DNA from: an uncultured Pseudobdellovibrionaceae bacterium
GTDB taxonomy: Bacteria > Bdellovibrionota > Bdellovibrionia > Bdellovibrionales > UBA1609
NCBI GenBank assembly: GCA_963803705.1
Contig: CAWDNU010000003.1
Span: 128,001 to 192,000, forward strand
Length of the DNA stretch: 64,000 nucleotides
Direction of reading: 5' to 3'
In this document: positions 48,672 to 58,208 of the stretch, piece by piece
Layout: each line of letters opens with the position of its first letter
Numbering within the stretch: the first letter of the stretch is position 1
Notes under the pieces: generated by a model
Told to the model about the DNA's origin: nothing
The model's database searches: none
What the model saw: only the letters and a program-made list of their open reading frames with translations
Made by a program: the position numbers and the translations under genes

Positions 48672-50111
48672 ATGTTTTCAAGATCTACCTATTTCTTATT
48701 CTCGTTAGCTATTCTTTTTTCTGCTAATTCTGCATTAGCTCAACAGGCACCCGCTGTAAGTACAGTTTTAGATCAGTCGCCGGCACAAACTGATGAAAAA
48801 TTCACGGTTGAATTACTAAACTACGAAGAGTACGGGTACAGCCAATCTAAAAAAACAGAAATTGGTGATCAGTTAAAATTGACCTCTAGATTCAGATATC
48901 AATTTAGTGATAGTGGCTGGGTATCAGCAGGTTTTTCAACACGTCCAGAGCAAAATCGATTTGCTAATAAGACGTCTCAGTTTGAGGTCAGGTCCGGATA
49001 CAACTTTGATTCGTTTCGTTTGCAAATTGATCTAGAGCTAAACACCAGCGATAATGATGGCGGAATTACATTTGGCCCAGACTTAGATTCAGAAAACACT
49101 TTCTTACTTTATAACTTTGATGATAATTACCAACTGATTTTTTACCCCTTTAACTTCAATGGCGAAGTGGGTGTCGAATTTAATACTAATGACGTGACTA
49201 GAATTTATTTTATAGATGGCGCACCATCTGTTATTAACAATCCCCCGACAGAAAACGAACGTCTTGCAATGAAAACTATCCCAGGTTTCGAGCTAAGGTA
49301 TAATGATTTCGATAATGATCATAAAGGCAAATCTTTTTATGCAGGCTTGGGAGTGGCCTCATATCTGTACCCTAACGATCCGGGATTCGACATAACAACT
49401 GCAGTAGGTGCGACCAATTGGTCCCGTCAGGAAGATATCGGTTACAAGTTTGGTGCGTTATTAACTGGGAAAAATAATTTTACCAGTTTGCAGTATGTAG
49501 GTCACACTAACGATCTCGAAACAGGTTCATTGCTTAAATCGGCAGCCTCATTATACACTTTAAACCGTGTAGGCCGCTTTATGTTTGAATTCGAGGGCAC
49601 TGCTTCAGAAGGTGGCGCAAGGCCTTACAGACTAAATAGTTCTTTCAGCTGGTTTGAAACAAGCGGTACTCTTGGTGCCGATATCCGACAAAGGGTGTTT
49701 AGTGATACTGGAAATAATCCTCATAGCTGGGTCGGAGAGTGGGGATACGCTGGGTCCATTAAAGCGGGTATGGTCCAAGATGGTTATACGCCCTATCTTT
49801 CGTACAAATATTTTGATGAAAACTTTGTCTTTCGTGGACGCGAGTCAGCACATACTTTAAGAACTAATGACGAGTCAGAATCCCACGGTGGCTTACACAG
49901 TATTGGTGTTGGAGCTTATATTTACAAAGGTAATTTTATCATCAATCCACGTTTCGAATATTTGATTGCTAACAATGATGTTTTTTCTGACAGAAACGAT
50001 ATTACAGAAGAAAACATTGTTAACGGTTTTAGCAATCAAGATTTTTTTGTGTTTATCAACGTAGCTTACTTCTTTAATGAAAGAACTGGGCCCAGAACAT
50101 TTAGATTATAA
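48672..50111 (+). CDS. Predicted outer-membrane beta-barrel protein
   Basis: Signal peptide ending ALA; aromatic-rich alternating strands throughout; terminal strand FFVFINVAYFF. Confidence 0.65.
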   Translation: MFSRSTYFLFSLAILFSANSALAQQAPAVSTVLDQSPAQTDEKFTVELLNYEEYGYSQSKKTEIGDQLKLTSRFRYQFSDSGWVSAGFSTRPEQNRFANKTSQFEVRSGYNFDSFRLQIDLELNTSDNDGGITFGPDLDSENTFLLYNFDDNYQLIFYPFNFNGEVGVEFNTNDVTRIYFIDGAPSVINNPPTENERLAMKTIPGFELRYNDFDNDHKGKSFYAGLGVASYLYPNDPGFDITTAVGATNWSRQEDIGYKFGALLTGKNNFTSLQYVGHTNDLETGSLLKSAASLYTLNRVGRFMFEFEGTASEGGARPYRLNSSFSWFETSGTLGADIRQRVFSDTGNNPHSWVGEWGYAGSIKAGMVQDGYTPYLSYKYFDENFVFRGRESAHTLRTNDESESHGGLHSIGVGAYIYKGNFIINPRFEYLIANNDVFSDRNDITEENIVNGFSNQDFFVFINVAYFFNERTGPRTFRL

Positions 50112-50215
50112 GACAGCTCAGGCGAGCACCTTAGTGCTAGCGAGCTAGGTAGGCGCAACAATAGTAGGCGAGAGGGCTATTTAAAGATTTAAAATCGATC
50201 GGGGGATCTTAAAAT

Positions 50216-52315
50216 ATGTTGGATAAATTTAAGTTTTTTCTGGAAAAAATCTTTAACATCAATTTGCATTCTGGATTTTTATTAACTTTGGCCTTTTCTT
50301 TAGTGTCAGGCTGTGACAGCAGCAGTCAAAGGGCTGATGGCGCAGAACCGTTTTCGTACACAAATTCCGAATACACCCAACTTATCGATGACATCTTGGC
50401 CCTACAGCAAGCTATCGGATCGGGGCACGTTTTAAGATCGAATCCCGAGCGCACTAAGACATATATTAATGCAGCAATTATTCAGGCCAGGTCAGGGTTA
50501 TTTTTATTAGCTAAATCAGGAGAACGTACTTTAGAAGAAAAAAAGAAAGCTCATACAGCTTTTGTGAATTCAATTCGGCAGTACGAATCTTTTCATATTC
50601 TAGAAGTAGACCAAGAGCGTTTCGACAAAGTATTTAACCAAGTAAGGTTCTTAAAACATGAACTTGGAACAGAGCTTGGCATAGATCAAACTGAAGAGAC
50701 ATGGACTGTGTTCAACCATAACTTTAGTACTTCTGGCTTAGAACCTACTTTCACAACTTTAGGCTTCGAGAAGTCTGGAAAACCAAGCGACGAATCAAAA
50801 TGGTTTACTAACTTTCAAACTGATTTACCTAAAGCAAGAGCCCAGGGCAGAGACGGTTCTTATGGTTGGATGATATCTAGACCATTTGATTTGACTGCTG
50901 TGGCTAACCCTAAATTTAGATATTTTGGTTCTTACCTAGTTGTGGCTCCAAATAACGTATTGCCATTGTCAGAAGTTATTAGGCAGGTTTTTAAAACTTA
51001 TATTCTGTTAGATTATGAACCCGGAGACAATCCTGAAGACTACTCGGATGATCGAAAAATTTTAGTTAAGTACAACCTGGATGACTTACCCCTAGGAAGA
51101 GATTTTGACGACGCTTGGACACCATTTGCCGACCTAAGCCCATACAAACAAAACAATGTAGCTGTAGGTTTTCTTTTCGACACCAGAGGCATCAACTTTA
51201 CTCAGTATTATTCTTGGACTGTCTTTGACTTTGAAATAAATGGTGCAGGCAAAATTCCTGATGATCCAGTTAAATATAAACAGGATTTTCAAGGAAGTGA
51301 TTTGGGTCTGTTTAAAAGCTACTCATTAACTTTTCCCGGAAAAAATTGGTCCATATCAGACGAAATGGCCACAATGTTTTTTGAAGCTGATGTTGAAAAT
51401 AAATCTGATAACATAGACACCTTTTTACTATCTCCGATATTGACCATTCCAAAGGCGATGGTTGCTCCGGAATTAAAGATTGAAGAGGCTTTTTTAAAGG
51501 ATCACTTCCAAAGTCAAAATTTAGAGGACTATCAAATTTTGATCTCTAAAGATTATAAAGGCGGGCAATCGCCATCTGAAAATAATTGGGTTGTTCTTGA
51601 TCGAGTTCAGAATAAGTTAAGTGAGTCAAAAAGATTTATAGGTATACAGCACACCTTTTCTTTGCTGGATTACCAGGGCGAAAGCATAGTGGTAGCTTTT
51701 AGATTTAAGTCTAAAGATAGAGATACCCAGAAGCATGTGCTAAATTGGGGAATAGAGTCTATCCAAATACTAGGCCAAGCAGCCGAGATCACTGTGGTCG
51801 ATTATTTTTTACCTGAGTCCACAGATTTTCAAGTGGCTTTCATAGATTTTAAGAAGAAATCAGTTTTAGATTTTGAAACTAACTACATCGATAGCTCGCC
51901 AAGATGGCAAAAAAAAGATAATGGTTTTGTAATTTCTGGATTTACTGGATTGGGTAATCCTCCAGATTTAGGTCCCGCAAGATTAACCTTGCCCGAGATA
52001 AACTTAGTTGGAAAACAAGACACTCGTCTTCGTTTTGAACAAAAAGTATTTTTCTTTAGAGATAACAATGTATCCTCTGAAGTTGTGAAGGTTCAGATAA
52101 GGATTAAAGGCAGTCCAGATTGGAACACTCTTGAAATTCCGAAGGGAACTTTTAGAGACAAGATGCCTCGAGAGCCAGAGCTAAGTGACTGGATAAAGCT
52201 ACCCGAACTGTATGATAACCAAATCATTGAGCTATCTTTTGCTTATCAAGCTAAAAACGGCAACGGTGGTACTGTTGAATGGACTTTCAGCTCTCTTGAA
52301 GTCGGGGCTAAATAA
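50216..52315 (+). CDS. Lipoprotein with three cleaved-adhesin/DUF5017-like beta-sandwich repeats
   Basis: Lipobox VSGC; three repeats of W(M/L)ISP.xDL...DLSxYxGxxVxVAF...W pattern (GWMISRPFDL, TFLLSPIL, RLTLPEINL). Confidence 0.6.
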   Translation: MLDKFKFFLEKIFNINLHSGFLLTLAFSLVSGCDSSSQRADGAEPFSYTNSEYTQLIDDILALQQAIGSGHVLRSNPERTKTYINAAIIQARSGLFLLAKSGERTLEEKKKAHTAFVNSIRQYESFHILEVDQERFDKVFNQVRFLKHELGTELGIDQTEETWTVFNHNFSTSGLEPTFTTLGFEKSGKPSDESKWFTNFQTDLPKARAQGRDGSYGWMISRPFDLTAVANPKFRYFGSYLVVAPNNVLPLSEVIRQVFKTYILLDYEPGDNPEDYSDDRKILVKYNLDDLPLGRDFDDAWTPFADLSPYKQNNVAVGFLFDTRGINFTQYYSWTVFDFEINGAGKIPDDPVKYKQDFQGSDLGLFKSYSLTFPGKNWSISDEMATMFFEADVENKSDNIDTFLLSPILTIPKAMVAPELKIEEAFLKDHFQSQNLEDYQILISKDYKGGQSPSENNWVVLDRVQNKLSESKRFIGIQHTFSLLDYQGESIVVAFRFKSKDRDTQKHVLNWGIESIQILGQAAEITVVDYFLPESTDFQVAFIDFKKKSVLDFETNYIDSSPRWQKKDNGFVISGFTGLGNPPDLGPARLTLPEINLVGKQDTRLRFEQKVFFFRDNNVSSEVVKVQIRIKGSPDWNTLEIPKGTFRDKMPREPELSDWIKLPELYDNQIIELSFAYQAKNGNGGTVEWTFSSLEVGAK

Positions 52316-52506
52316 AAATGGAAGTCAGAAAAGGAAATAAAATTCTAACTTTATTTTTTAATATATGTCTGAAAAATGAGTTCTGTGGCACGAAAAATTG
52401 CGAACGCAATTTAAGTGCCTCTGCTTGTTTGAAATTTTTTAGGCTTATATTAAAAAATAAAGTTAGAATTTTATTTCCTTTTCTGACTTCCATTTTTATT
52501 TGCCCC
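52304..52506. repeat. ~200-bp palindrome with 56-bp perfect arms
   Basis: 52310-52365 is the exact reverse complement of 52446-52501; imperfect pairing continues inward to GGCAC...AAATTGCG-aa-CGCAATTT...GTGCC and outward to GGGGC/GCCCC. Confidence 0.95.
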
Positions 52507-55038
52507 TTTTTAATTCAGTGTAACGAGACTGACAAAACATCCAGTCAGCTTCAAAACCCTACTGTTCTTTCAACCGACCGTCGATTTGAATCATCTACAG
52601 AGATTGGAAACTTCGTAACCACGGCAATAAGGCGATCCCATGATCTAGATTTCGTGTTTTTGCCATCAAGTTTTTTTTCTAAAGATGACATAATAATGAT
52701 CAAGCCTGGTATGACCGAGCAAGAGATTAATTTAGTGTTAGAGAAATTTCCAAGAGGCCCTAAAGATCAGCTCTTATTGGGTACGATGGAAGGCCGAGAC
52801 ATTAAAGAGTTTGTCTTAGAAAGAGTGCGTGAAACCTATGATGCAGAGCTTGAAGTTGCAGGCCTACATTATAGTATAGCTTTTCGAGGGGGTTTTCCTA
52901 CAGCTGCGAATTTTAATATTGATGGACTATTTGCTTTAAATGACAGAGATTATTACAGAATCGCAATTAGTGATGACTTTTTTTTTGGCTCTGCTTTCCC
53001 AGGATATAAGTACAGAAATAACTTCAACTTTAACTTTAGAAGACAGCGTTATCCTCAGTCTGTCAGAGACAGCATTAAATCCTATCTGAACTCGGGTTTT
53101 AGTTTTCCTTATTGGGGTCAAAAAAGAGCATCGGTATATAAGACCCCCGCACCAGATGTAGGTTTTAAACAAATTTCCGAAATTCAAGGACCTTCACACA
53201 CATCTCCGTTATTTGGTAAAACTGTAAGGACAAAAGGGGTTGTGACCGCTTTCGGAACTGCAGATTGGTATCCATTTGGTCAAGACGTCTACATTCAATC
53301 TAAAAATCCAGATGAAGACGATAAAACCTCTGAAGGTCTGCACGTTTATCTAACTTCAAATAGTGCAAATTTTGATTTGGGTGACGAGATCGAAATCACC
53401 GGGGTCGTTTACGAAGACATACGTCGAAACGGTATGGGACAAACAAGTTTACGTGATATTACCAAATATCAAATTATTTCAGATCCAAGCTTAACTAAGT
53501 TAGAAAAAAAGAAAAATATGCCCGAGGCAACCATCTTAGGGCAAGGCGGCCGGCAAGTCCCAACTACAAGAATTTCCACCTATGGTGGAAATCTTATGAG
53601 AAAGCTTCAACTTAATTTAGATGATGGAATTGATTTCTGGGAAAGCCTAGAAGGAATGCGTGTTGAACTTATTAATCCCAAAATTTTAGGATTTCGCGGC
53701 GGCAAAGAAGACCTAATTGAAGTCAGCGATAGATTTTATTTAAATTTGTACGTGGTAAGCGAAAATCAGTATTCTAAACAAAACGAGACCTATCGTAACG
53801 GTTTAATGATTGATTTTTTTGCGGATGATTTTAATCCTGAAATTGTAGTGATAACTACGAATCATTTATCTAATAATGCAGGTTTAGTTCCTAAGGATAA
53901 AAAAGCTGCCGAATTTGTTTTTAATGTCGGGGACGTAATAGAAGGCCGTGTTCAAGGCGTGATGACTTACCAAAAAAATGTTTTTGGTGGTGGTGAGTAC
54001 GCCATTGTGTTGCCAGAAGCTCAAGAGGCTTTTGAAAAAAGACCCCATAGAAGAGAGTTCATTCCCGTTATTGAGCGGGGAATCACGCAATTAGAGTCTG
54101 TAGCTGACAACGAAATCACCATAGCCACAGCCAATTTAGAAAACTTAGCCGGCCATCAGCTAGATAGAATTAAAGTCTTTGCAGAATCTTTCGCTTATAA
54201 TTTAAAATGTCCTGACATAATTAACTTAGTAGAAATACAAGATAATAACGGTATTTCACTTCGGGACGGGCAGCAGGCAGATGAAACCTTAAAAAAATTG
54301 CAAGGCATGATTCAATCCATGTGCTTAAATAGAGCCTATGATTTCGTAAATGTAGATCCTTTTTTGAACGCCGAGGGCGGACAACCAGGTGGAAATATTC
54401 GAACCTCACTGCTTTATAATACGAACAAATTATCTTACGAATTTAGGGAAGACGGTTCAATAGGTTCACAAGCTATTGTTTTAAAAAAAGGCCGTCTTAG
54501 TTCAAACCCAGGTCGGATCTTTCCAAACCACGAGGCATTTCGAAATAGCCGTAGAAGTGTTGTTACAGAATTTGATTTAAAAAACTCACCAGGCGAAAAG
54601 CTTTACATGATTGGCAATCATTTAAATTCAAAAATTGGAGACATCGATTTTTGGGGTGTAAATCAGCCTGCAAGAGCAAATTCTGATTTTCGCAGAGCCG
54701 CAATGGCTAATAAGATAAGTGATTTTATTAGATGGCTTGAAAAAGAAAACCCTAAAGCGAATATTGTAATCCTGGGTGATTTTAATGCTCTACCGGAAGA
54801 AGGTTCAATGGCACTACTGTCTGAAAGTGAAAGGCTTCTGAAAAATATGATTTTCACTGTGCCCGAAAATGAAAGATATACTACCAATTACAACGGAAGC
54901 AGCCAGCCACTGGACTACATATTTGTGAATAATAATATTTTTAACAAAAACGCAAAGGCTGAAATTCTGCATATTAATTCGGACTTTATGGGCCGTTTGT
55001 CTGATCATGATCCAGTGATTCTTAAAGCCACTTTTTAA
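52318..55038 (+). CDS. Extracellular nuclease lipoprotein: 5'-nucleotidase C-terminal-like domain + OB fold + EEP domain (true start possibly TTG 52429)
   Basis: Lipobox-like LIQC; EIGNFVTTAIR...YRIAISDDF; ISEIQG...SPLFGKTV...GVVTA; WESLEGMRV; NLENL, EIQDNNG, GDFN, SDHDP. Confidence 0.85.
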   Translation: MEVRKGNKILTLFFNICLKNEFCGTKNCERNLSASACLKFFRLILKNKVRILFPFLTSIFICPFLIQCNETDKTSSQLQNPTVLSTDRRFESSTEIGNFVTTAIRRSHDLDFVFLPSSFFSKDDIIMIKPGMTEQEINLVLEKFPRGPKDQLLLGTMEGRDIKEFVLERVRETYDAELEVAGLHYSIAFRGGFPTAANFNIDGLFALNDRDYYRIAISDDFFFGSAFPGYKYRNNFNFNFRRQRYPQSVRDSIKSYLNSGFSFPYWGQKRASVYKTPAPDVGFKQISEIQGPSHTSPLFGKTVRTKGVVTAFGTADWYPFGQDVYIQSKNPDEDDKTSEGLHVYLTSNSANFDLGDEIEITGVVYEDIRRNGMGQTSLRDITKYQIISDPSLTKLEKKKNMPEATILGQGGRQVPTTRISTYGGNLMRKLQLNLDDGIDFWESLEGMRVELINPKILGFRGGKEDLIEVSDRFYLNLYVVSENQYSKQNETYRNGLMIDFFADDFNPEIVVITTNHLSNNAGLVPKDKKAAEFVFNVGDVIEGRVQGVMTYQKNVFGGGEYAIVLPEAQEAFEKRPHRREFIPVIERGITQLESVADNEITIATANLENLAGHQLDRIKVFAESFAYNLKCPDIINLVEIQDNNGISLRDGQQADETLKKLQGMIQSMCLNRAYDFVNVDPFLNAEGGQPGGNIRTSLLYNTNKLSYEFREDGSIGSQAIVLKKGRLSSNPGRIFPNHEAFRNSRRSVVTEFDLKNSPGEKLYMIGNHLNSKIGDIDFWGVNQPARANSDFRRAAMANKISDFIRWLEKENPKANIVILGDFNALPEEGSMALLSESERLLKNMIFTVPENERYTTNYNGSSQPLDYIFVNNNIFNKNAKAEILHINSDFMGRLSDHDPVILKATF

Positions 55039-55144
55039 TTGAACCAACACTCACCTGATTACAACCAACCGATTGCACTAAAATATTCTGGCTCGAATAG
55101 TCTGATAAATGATCCAATAAATGGTCAGATAAATCGGCTACCCA

Positions 55145-56629
55145 TCAAATGATGGCCTTTTTATCCACTTCCCAAAAGGAACCCTCGGGTGTGTCCTTCA
55201 CCATGATACCCAATGAGGAAAGTTGGGCACGACATTCATCTGCTTTAGCAAAATCTTTCTGAGCCTTAGCCTCAGTTCTTTGGTTCATTAGGCTAGTCAC
55301 TTTATTCTCATCAATATTCAGCCGCTTCATTAAAATTTTATCAACAGCAGTTAAAAATGTACTTGGTTCTTCAAGAAATAGACTTAGTAACTTTCCCTGT
55401 TTTAATATAAATATTTTGTAAGATTTTGCGATTTCAAAACGCTCATCGGTTTTACCTGATCCAGCGGGACATAAGTAATTAAACTGTCTTACTACATCAA
55501 AAACATGTGACATTGCCTTAGAGGTGTTAAAATCATCATTATATGCTTCACGCATTTGGGCTTCTGTAGACGTCAAAAGTTTATTAAACTCTTCCGGGGC
55601 TTTGAGTGAAGGTATTGGGTCCGCATCTTTTTTACTTAAAAAATATTCGGCATTTTTTAGCGATTCATATATACGCGCTAAGCCCGAAATTGAATTCATA
55701 ATGGTTTTCTCGGAAAATTCTGTTTGAGATCTATAATGAGAAGACAGGACAAGATACTTAAAAATTTCAGGATGGTATTCCGTTAAAAAATCTTTCATAG
55801 TTCTAACATTGCCCAAAGACTTCGACATCTTGCTACCTGAAAATGTGAACATATTATTGTGCACCCAATAGTTAGCATAGTATTTGTTAGAACAGGCCTC
55901 AGCTTGGGCGATTTCATTTTCATGATGGGGAAAGGTTAGATCAAGCCCACCGCCATGGATATCAATAGTTTGTCCCAGGTGTTCAAAAATCATAGCAGTA
56001 CATTCAATGTGCCAACCAGGGCGACCATCACCCCAAGGAGAAGGCCAAGAGATATCGTTTTCTTTTGCAGGCTTCCACAAAGTGAAGTCCAAAGGATTTT
56101 TTTTGTTGGGATCAGGTTCAACCCGAGACCCAGAAATCATATCTTCGGTTTTGCGATTGCTAAGCTTTCCGTAATCTTTAAAGCTAGCAATTGAGTAAAA
56201 CACTTCACCATTTGTTTCGTAGGCCGAACCATTTTCTATAAGTTGTGAAATGATTTTAATAATAGCGTCAAGATTTTCAGTGACTCTTGGATTTAAGTCA
56301 TGTGGCTTTAATTTTAGTGCATTAAAGTCATCCCAAAAAGCTTGGATGTAGGTCTCGATAATTTCTTTGAAGTCCCTGCTTTCGTCTTGGCTACGCTTTA
56401 AAATTTTGTCATCTATATCAGTGAAGTTGTAGGCGTAGGTTACTTTATAGTTTAGTTCTTCAAGCCAGTTTCTTAAAAAATTATAAAATACGGCACCCCT
56501 AAAATTGCCTACGTGCAAGTAATCGTAAACTGTAGGACCACAACAATACATTTTTACTTCGTTGGGAGTAATTGATTCGAAAAGCTCTTTCTTGCCGGAC
56601 AGTGTATTGAAAATAAAAAGTTCACTCAT
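55145..56629 (-). CDS. cysS: Cysteine--tRNA ligase
   Basis: CGPTVY, HVGN, GRPGWHIEC, HGGGLDLTFPHHENE, KMSKS. Confidence 0.98.
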   Translation of the reverse strand: MSELFIFNTLSGKKELFESITPNEVKMYCCGPTVYDYLHVGNFRGAVFYNFLRNWLEELNYKVTYAYNFTDIDDKILKRSQDESRDFKEIIETYIQAFWDDFNALKLKPHDLNPRVTENLDAIIKIISQLIENGSAYETNGEVFYSIASFKDYGKLSNRKTEDMISGSRVEPDPNKKNPLDFTLWKPAKENDISWPSPWGDGRPGWHIECTAMIFEHLGQTIDIHGGGLDLTFPHHENEIAQAEACSNKYYANYWVHNNMFTFSGSKMSKSLGNVRTMKDFLTEYHPEIFKYLVLSSHYRSQTEFSEKTIMNSISGLARIYESLKNAEYFLSKKDADPIPSLKAPEEFNKLLTSTEAQMREAYNDDFNTSKAMSHVFDVVRQFNYLCPAGSGKTDERFEIAKSYKIFILKQGKLLSLFLEEPSTFLTAVDKILMKRLNIDENKVTSLMNQRTEAKAQKDFAKADECRAQLSSLGIMVKDTPEGSFWEVDKKAII

Positions 56630-56678
56630 AAGATTTACCTGCAGTATATTTTTTTTAAATTAACCCCAAGAGGTTTGT

Positions 56679-57062
56679 ATGTCGACTCATAAAATGCACC
56701 GTGTAGCTATCAATTCTTACAATACGGCTTACGCAAAGTATTCTAATTTTAAAGTCGGAGCATCCGTGTTGGCTGGTGATCAAGTGTTTGGGGGTTGTAA
56801 TATAGAAAATGCAAGCTTCGGTGCAACCGTGTGTGCCGAGCGAGTGGCAATATGGAAGGCTGTTTCTGAATTAGGGCCAAGTATAAAAATAGATAAATTA
56901 TGTTTAGTTACTAAAGCAGGTGATTTTCCCTGCGGGCTTTGTCTACAGGTAATGTCAGAGTTTATGGCCAGCCCCAAGTCTGAAGTTTTTATATGCTCAG
57001 AGCAGGAGGTGAAGTCGGTTTGCCTATTTGAACAGCTAATGCCTTTTCGTTTTAAACTCTGA
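56679..57062 (+). CDS. cdd: Cytidine deaminase (homotetrameric type)
   Basis: AYAKYSNFKVGA, GCNIENAS, CAER, PCGLC. Confidence 0.93.
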   Translation: MSTHKMHRVAINSYNTAYAKYSNFKVGASVLAGDQVFGGCNIENASFGATVCAERVAIWKAVSELGPSIKIDKLCLVTKAGDFPCGLCLQVMSEFMASPKSEVFICSEQEVKSVCLFEQLMPFRFKL

Positions 57063-57296
57063 CCACTTGAGTAGCATAAAAATCAATTCTTTTCCTTTCC
57101 ATAAATATTGCTTATGAAGCAAGGCGCAAATTCGCTTAGATTGGTCGTTTAAAGGCCTAGCCATAAATATTTCTTTGCTATCAAAAGATTATCTTTGTAC
57201 GATTTTAGTTCGGCTAGATTTAGGGCTAGCCTAGGGGACTTAAAAGCTAATCACATAATTACCTTTTTATAGTTTAGTTAGTTTTTAAAATTGTGA

Positions 57297-58166
57297 ATGA
57301 TCAAATTGGGGGATGATTTGATATTTAATTCAGGATTCAAGCTATTAAGCATTTTTTGTTTTTTTTCCATAGTCTTACTATCAACTTTCGGATTTGCTCA
57401 GACAGACCCGAACGATCCAACTTCGCCTAACTATCGTGGAAAAAGCAAGACCTATCAAAAAAAATACTTCGCATCTTTTGGGGCTACAGTGGGGCAAGGC
57501 TTCGATGAATTCTCAGAGGCTTTTGGTGTCTACAGTTTTTCGGGCAGCTATGCTTTGGATAAATCCTCAATCACTACAAATATTGAATATTCGAATCCAT
57601 TAGATGGTGACACGGCAGATGTGGCCCCGTGGAGATTTGAAGATGTTGAATTTGTTTGGAATGCGCCTTCACTTAAGCCGATTATTTTAGGTGGCAAGAC
57701 AGTAACGTTTTCACCTCGGGTGATTTACAGAGCACCAGTTTCTGATACAGCTAGAAATGCGTTTAGCTATGGTACCCTAATCGGAACTTTAATCGGCTCT
57801 TTAAGTGAGGGACGGTTTACCTTTATTGTATCACCATCAATAAATTTAAGTTATCACGAGTTCGATACAGCAAATAAAGCTGGTACAATCAAAAATATAC
57901 CTTTAGCTGGCTCAATTGCAGCAACAGTTAGGGTCACATTGGTTAAAAACTTGTTTTTAACAGGGTCTGCATTTTTCTATAACGGTTGGGATTATGATTT
58001 CAATCAGATACCAGTTAACGGTGCATCTTCAAATATTTATTACCAAGTAAATCCTAAGTTAGGTTTAACGGCCTATGTGAGTTGGCGTGACCGTGTTCTA
58101 ACAAATAATTCATTGTTTGATGACGAGACATCTAATATGGGTTTGGGATTTATAACAAATTTTTAG
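57297..58166 (+). CDS. Predicted outer-membrane beta-barrel protein
   Basis: Signal peptide, alternating strands, C-terminal MGLGFITNF. Confidence 0.6.
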   Translation: MIKLGDDLIFNSGFKLLSIFCFFSIVLLSTFGFAQTDPNDPTSPNYRGKSKTYQKKYFASFGATVGQGFDEFSEAFGVYSFSGSYALDKSSITTNIEYSNPLDGDTADVAPWRFEDVEFVWNAPSLKPIILGGKTVTFSPRVIYRAPVSDTARNAFSYGTLIGTLIGSLSEGRFTFIVSPSINLSYHEFDTANKAGTIKNIPLAGSIAATVRVTLVKNLFLTGSAFFYNGWDYDFNQIPVNGASSNIYYQVNPKLGLTAYVSWRDRVLTNNSLFDDETSNMGLGFITNF

Positions 58167-58208
58167 ATTGAGTTTTTAATTACATATTAATTAAATAGGG
58201 GTGGGGAT

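Noticed and set aside
52308..52493. 61-aa minus-strand ORF with the same N-terminus as the nuclease
   Set aside because: A by-product of the palindrome; treated as evidence for the repeat rather than as an independent gene.
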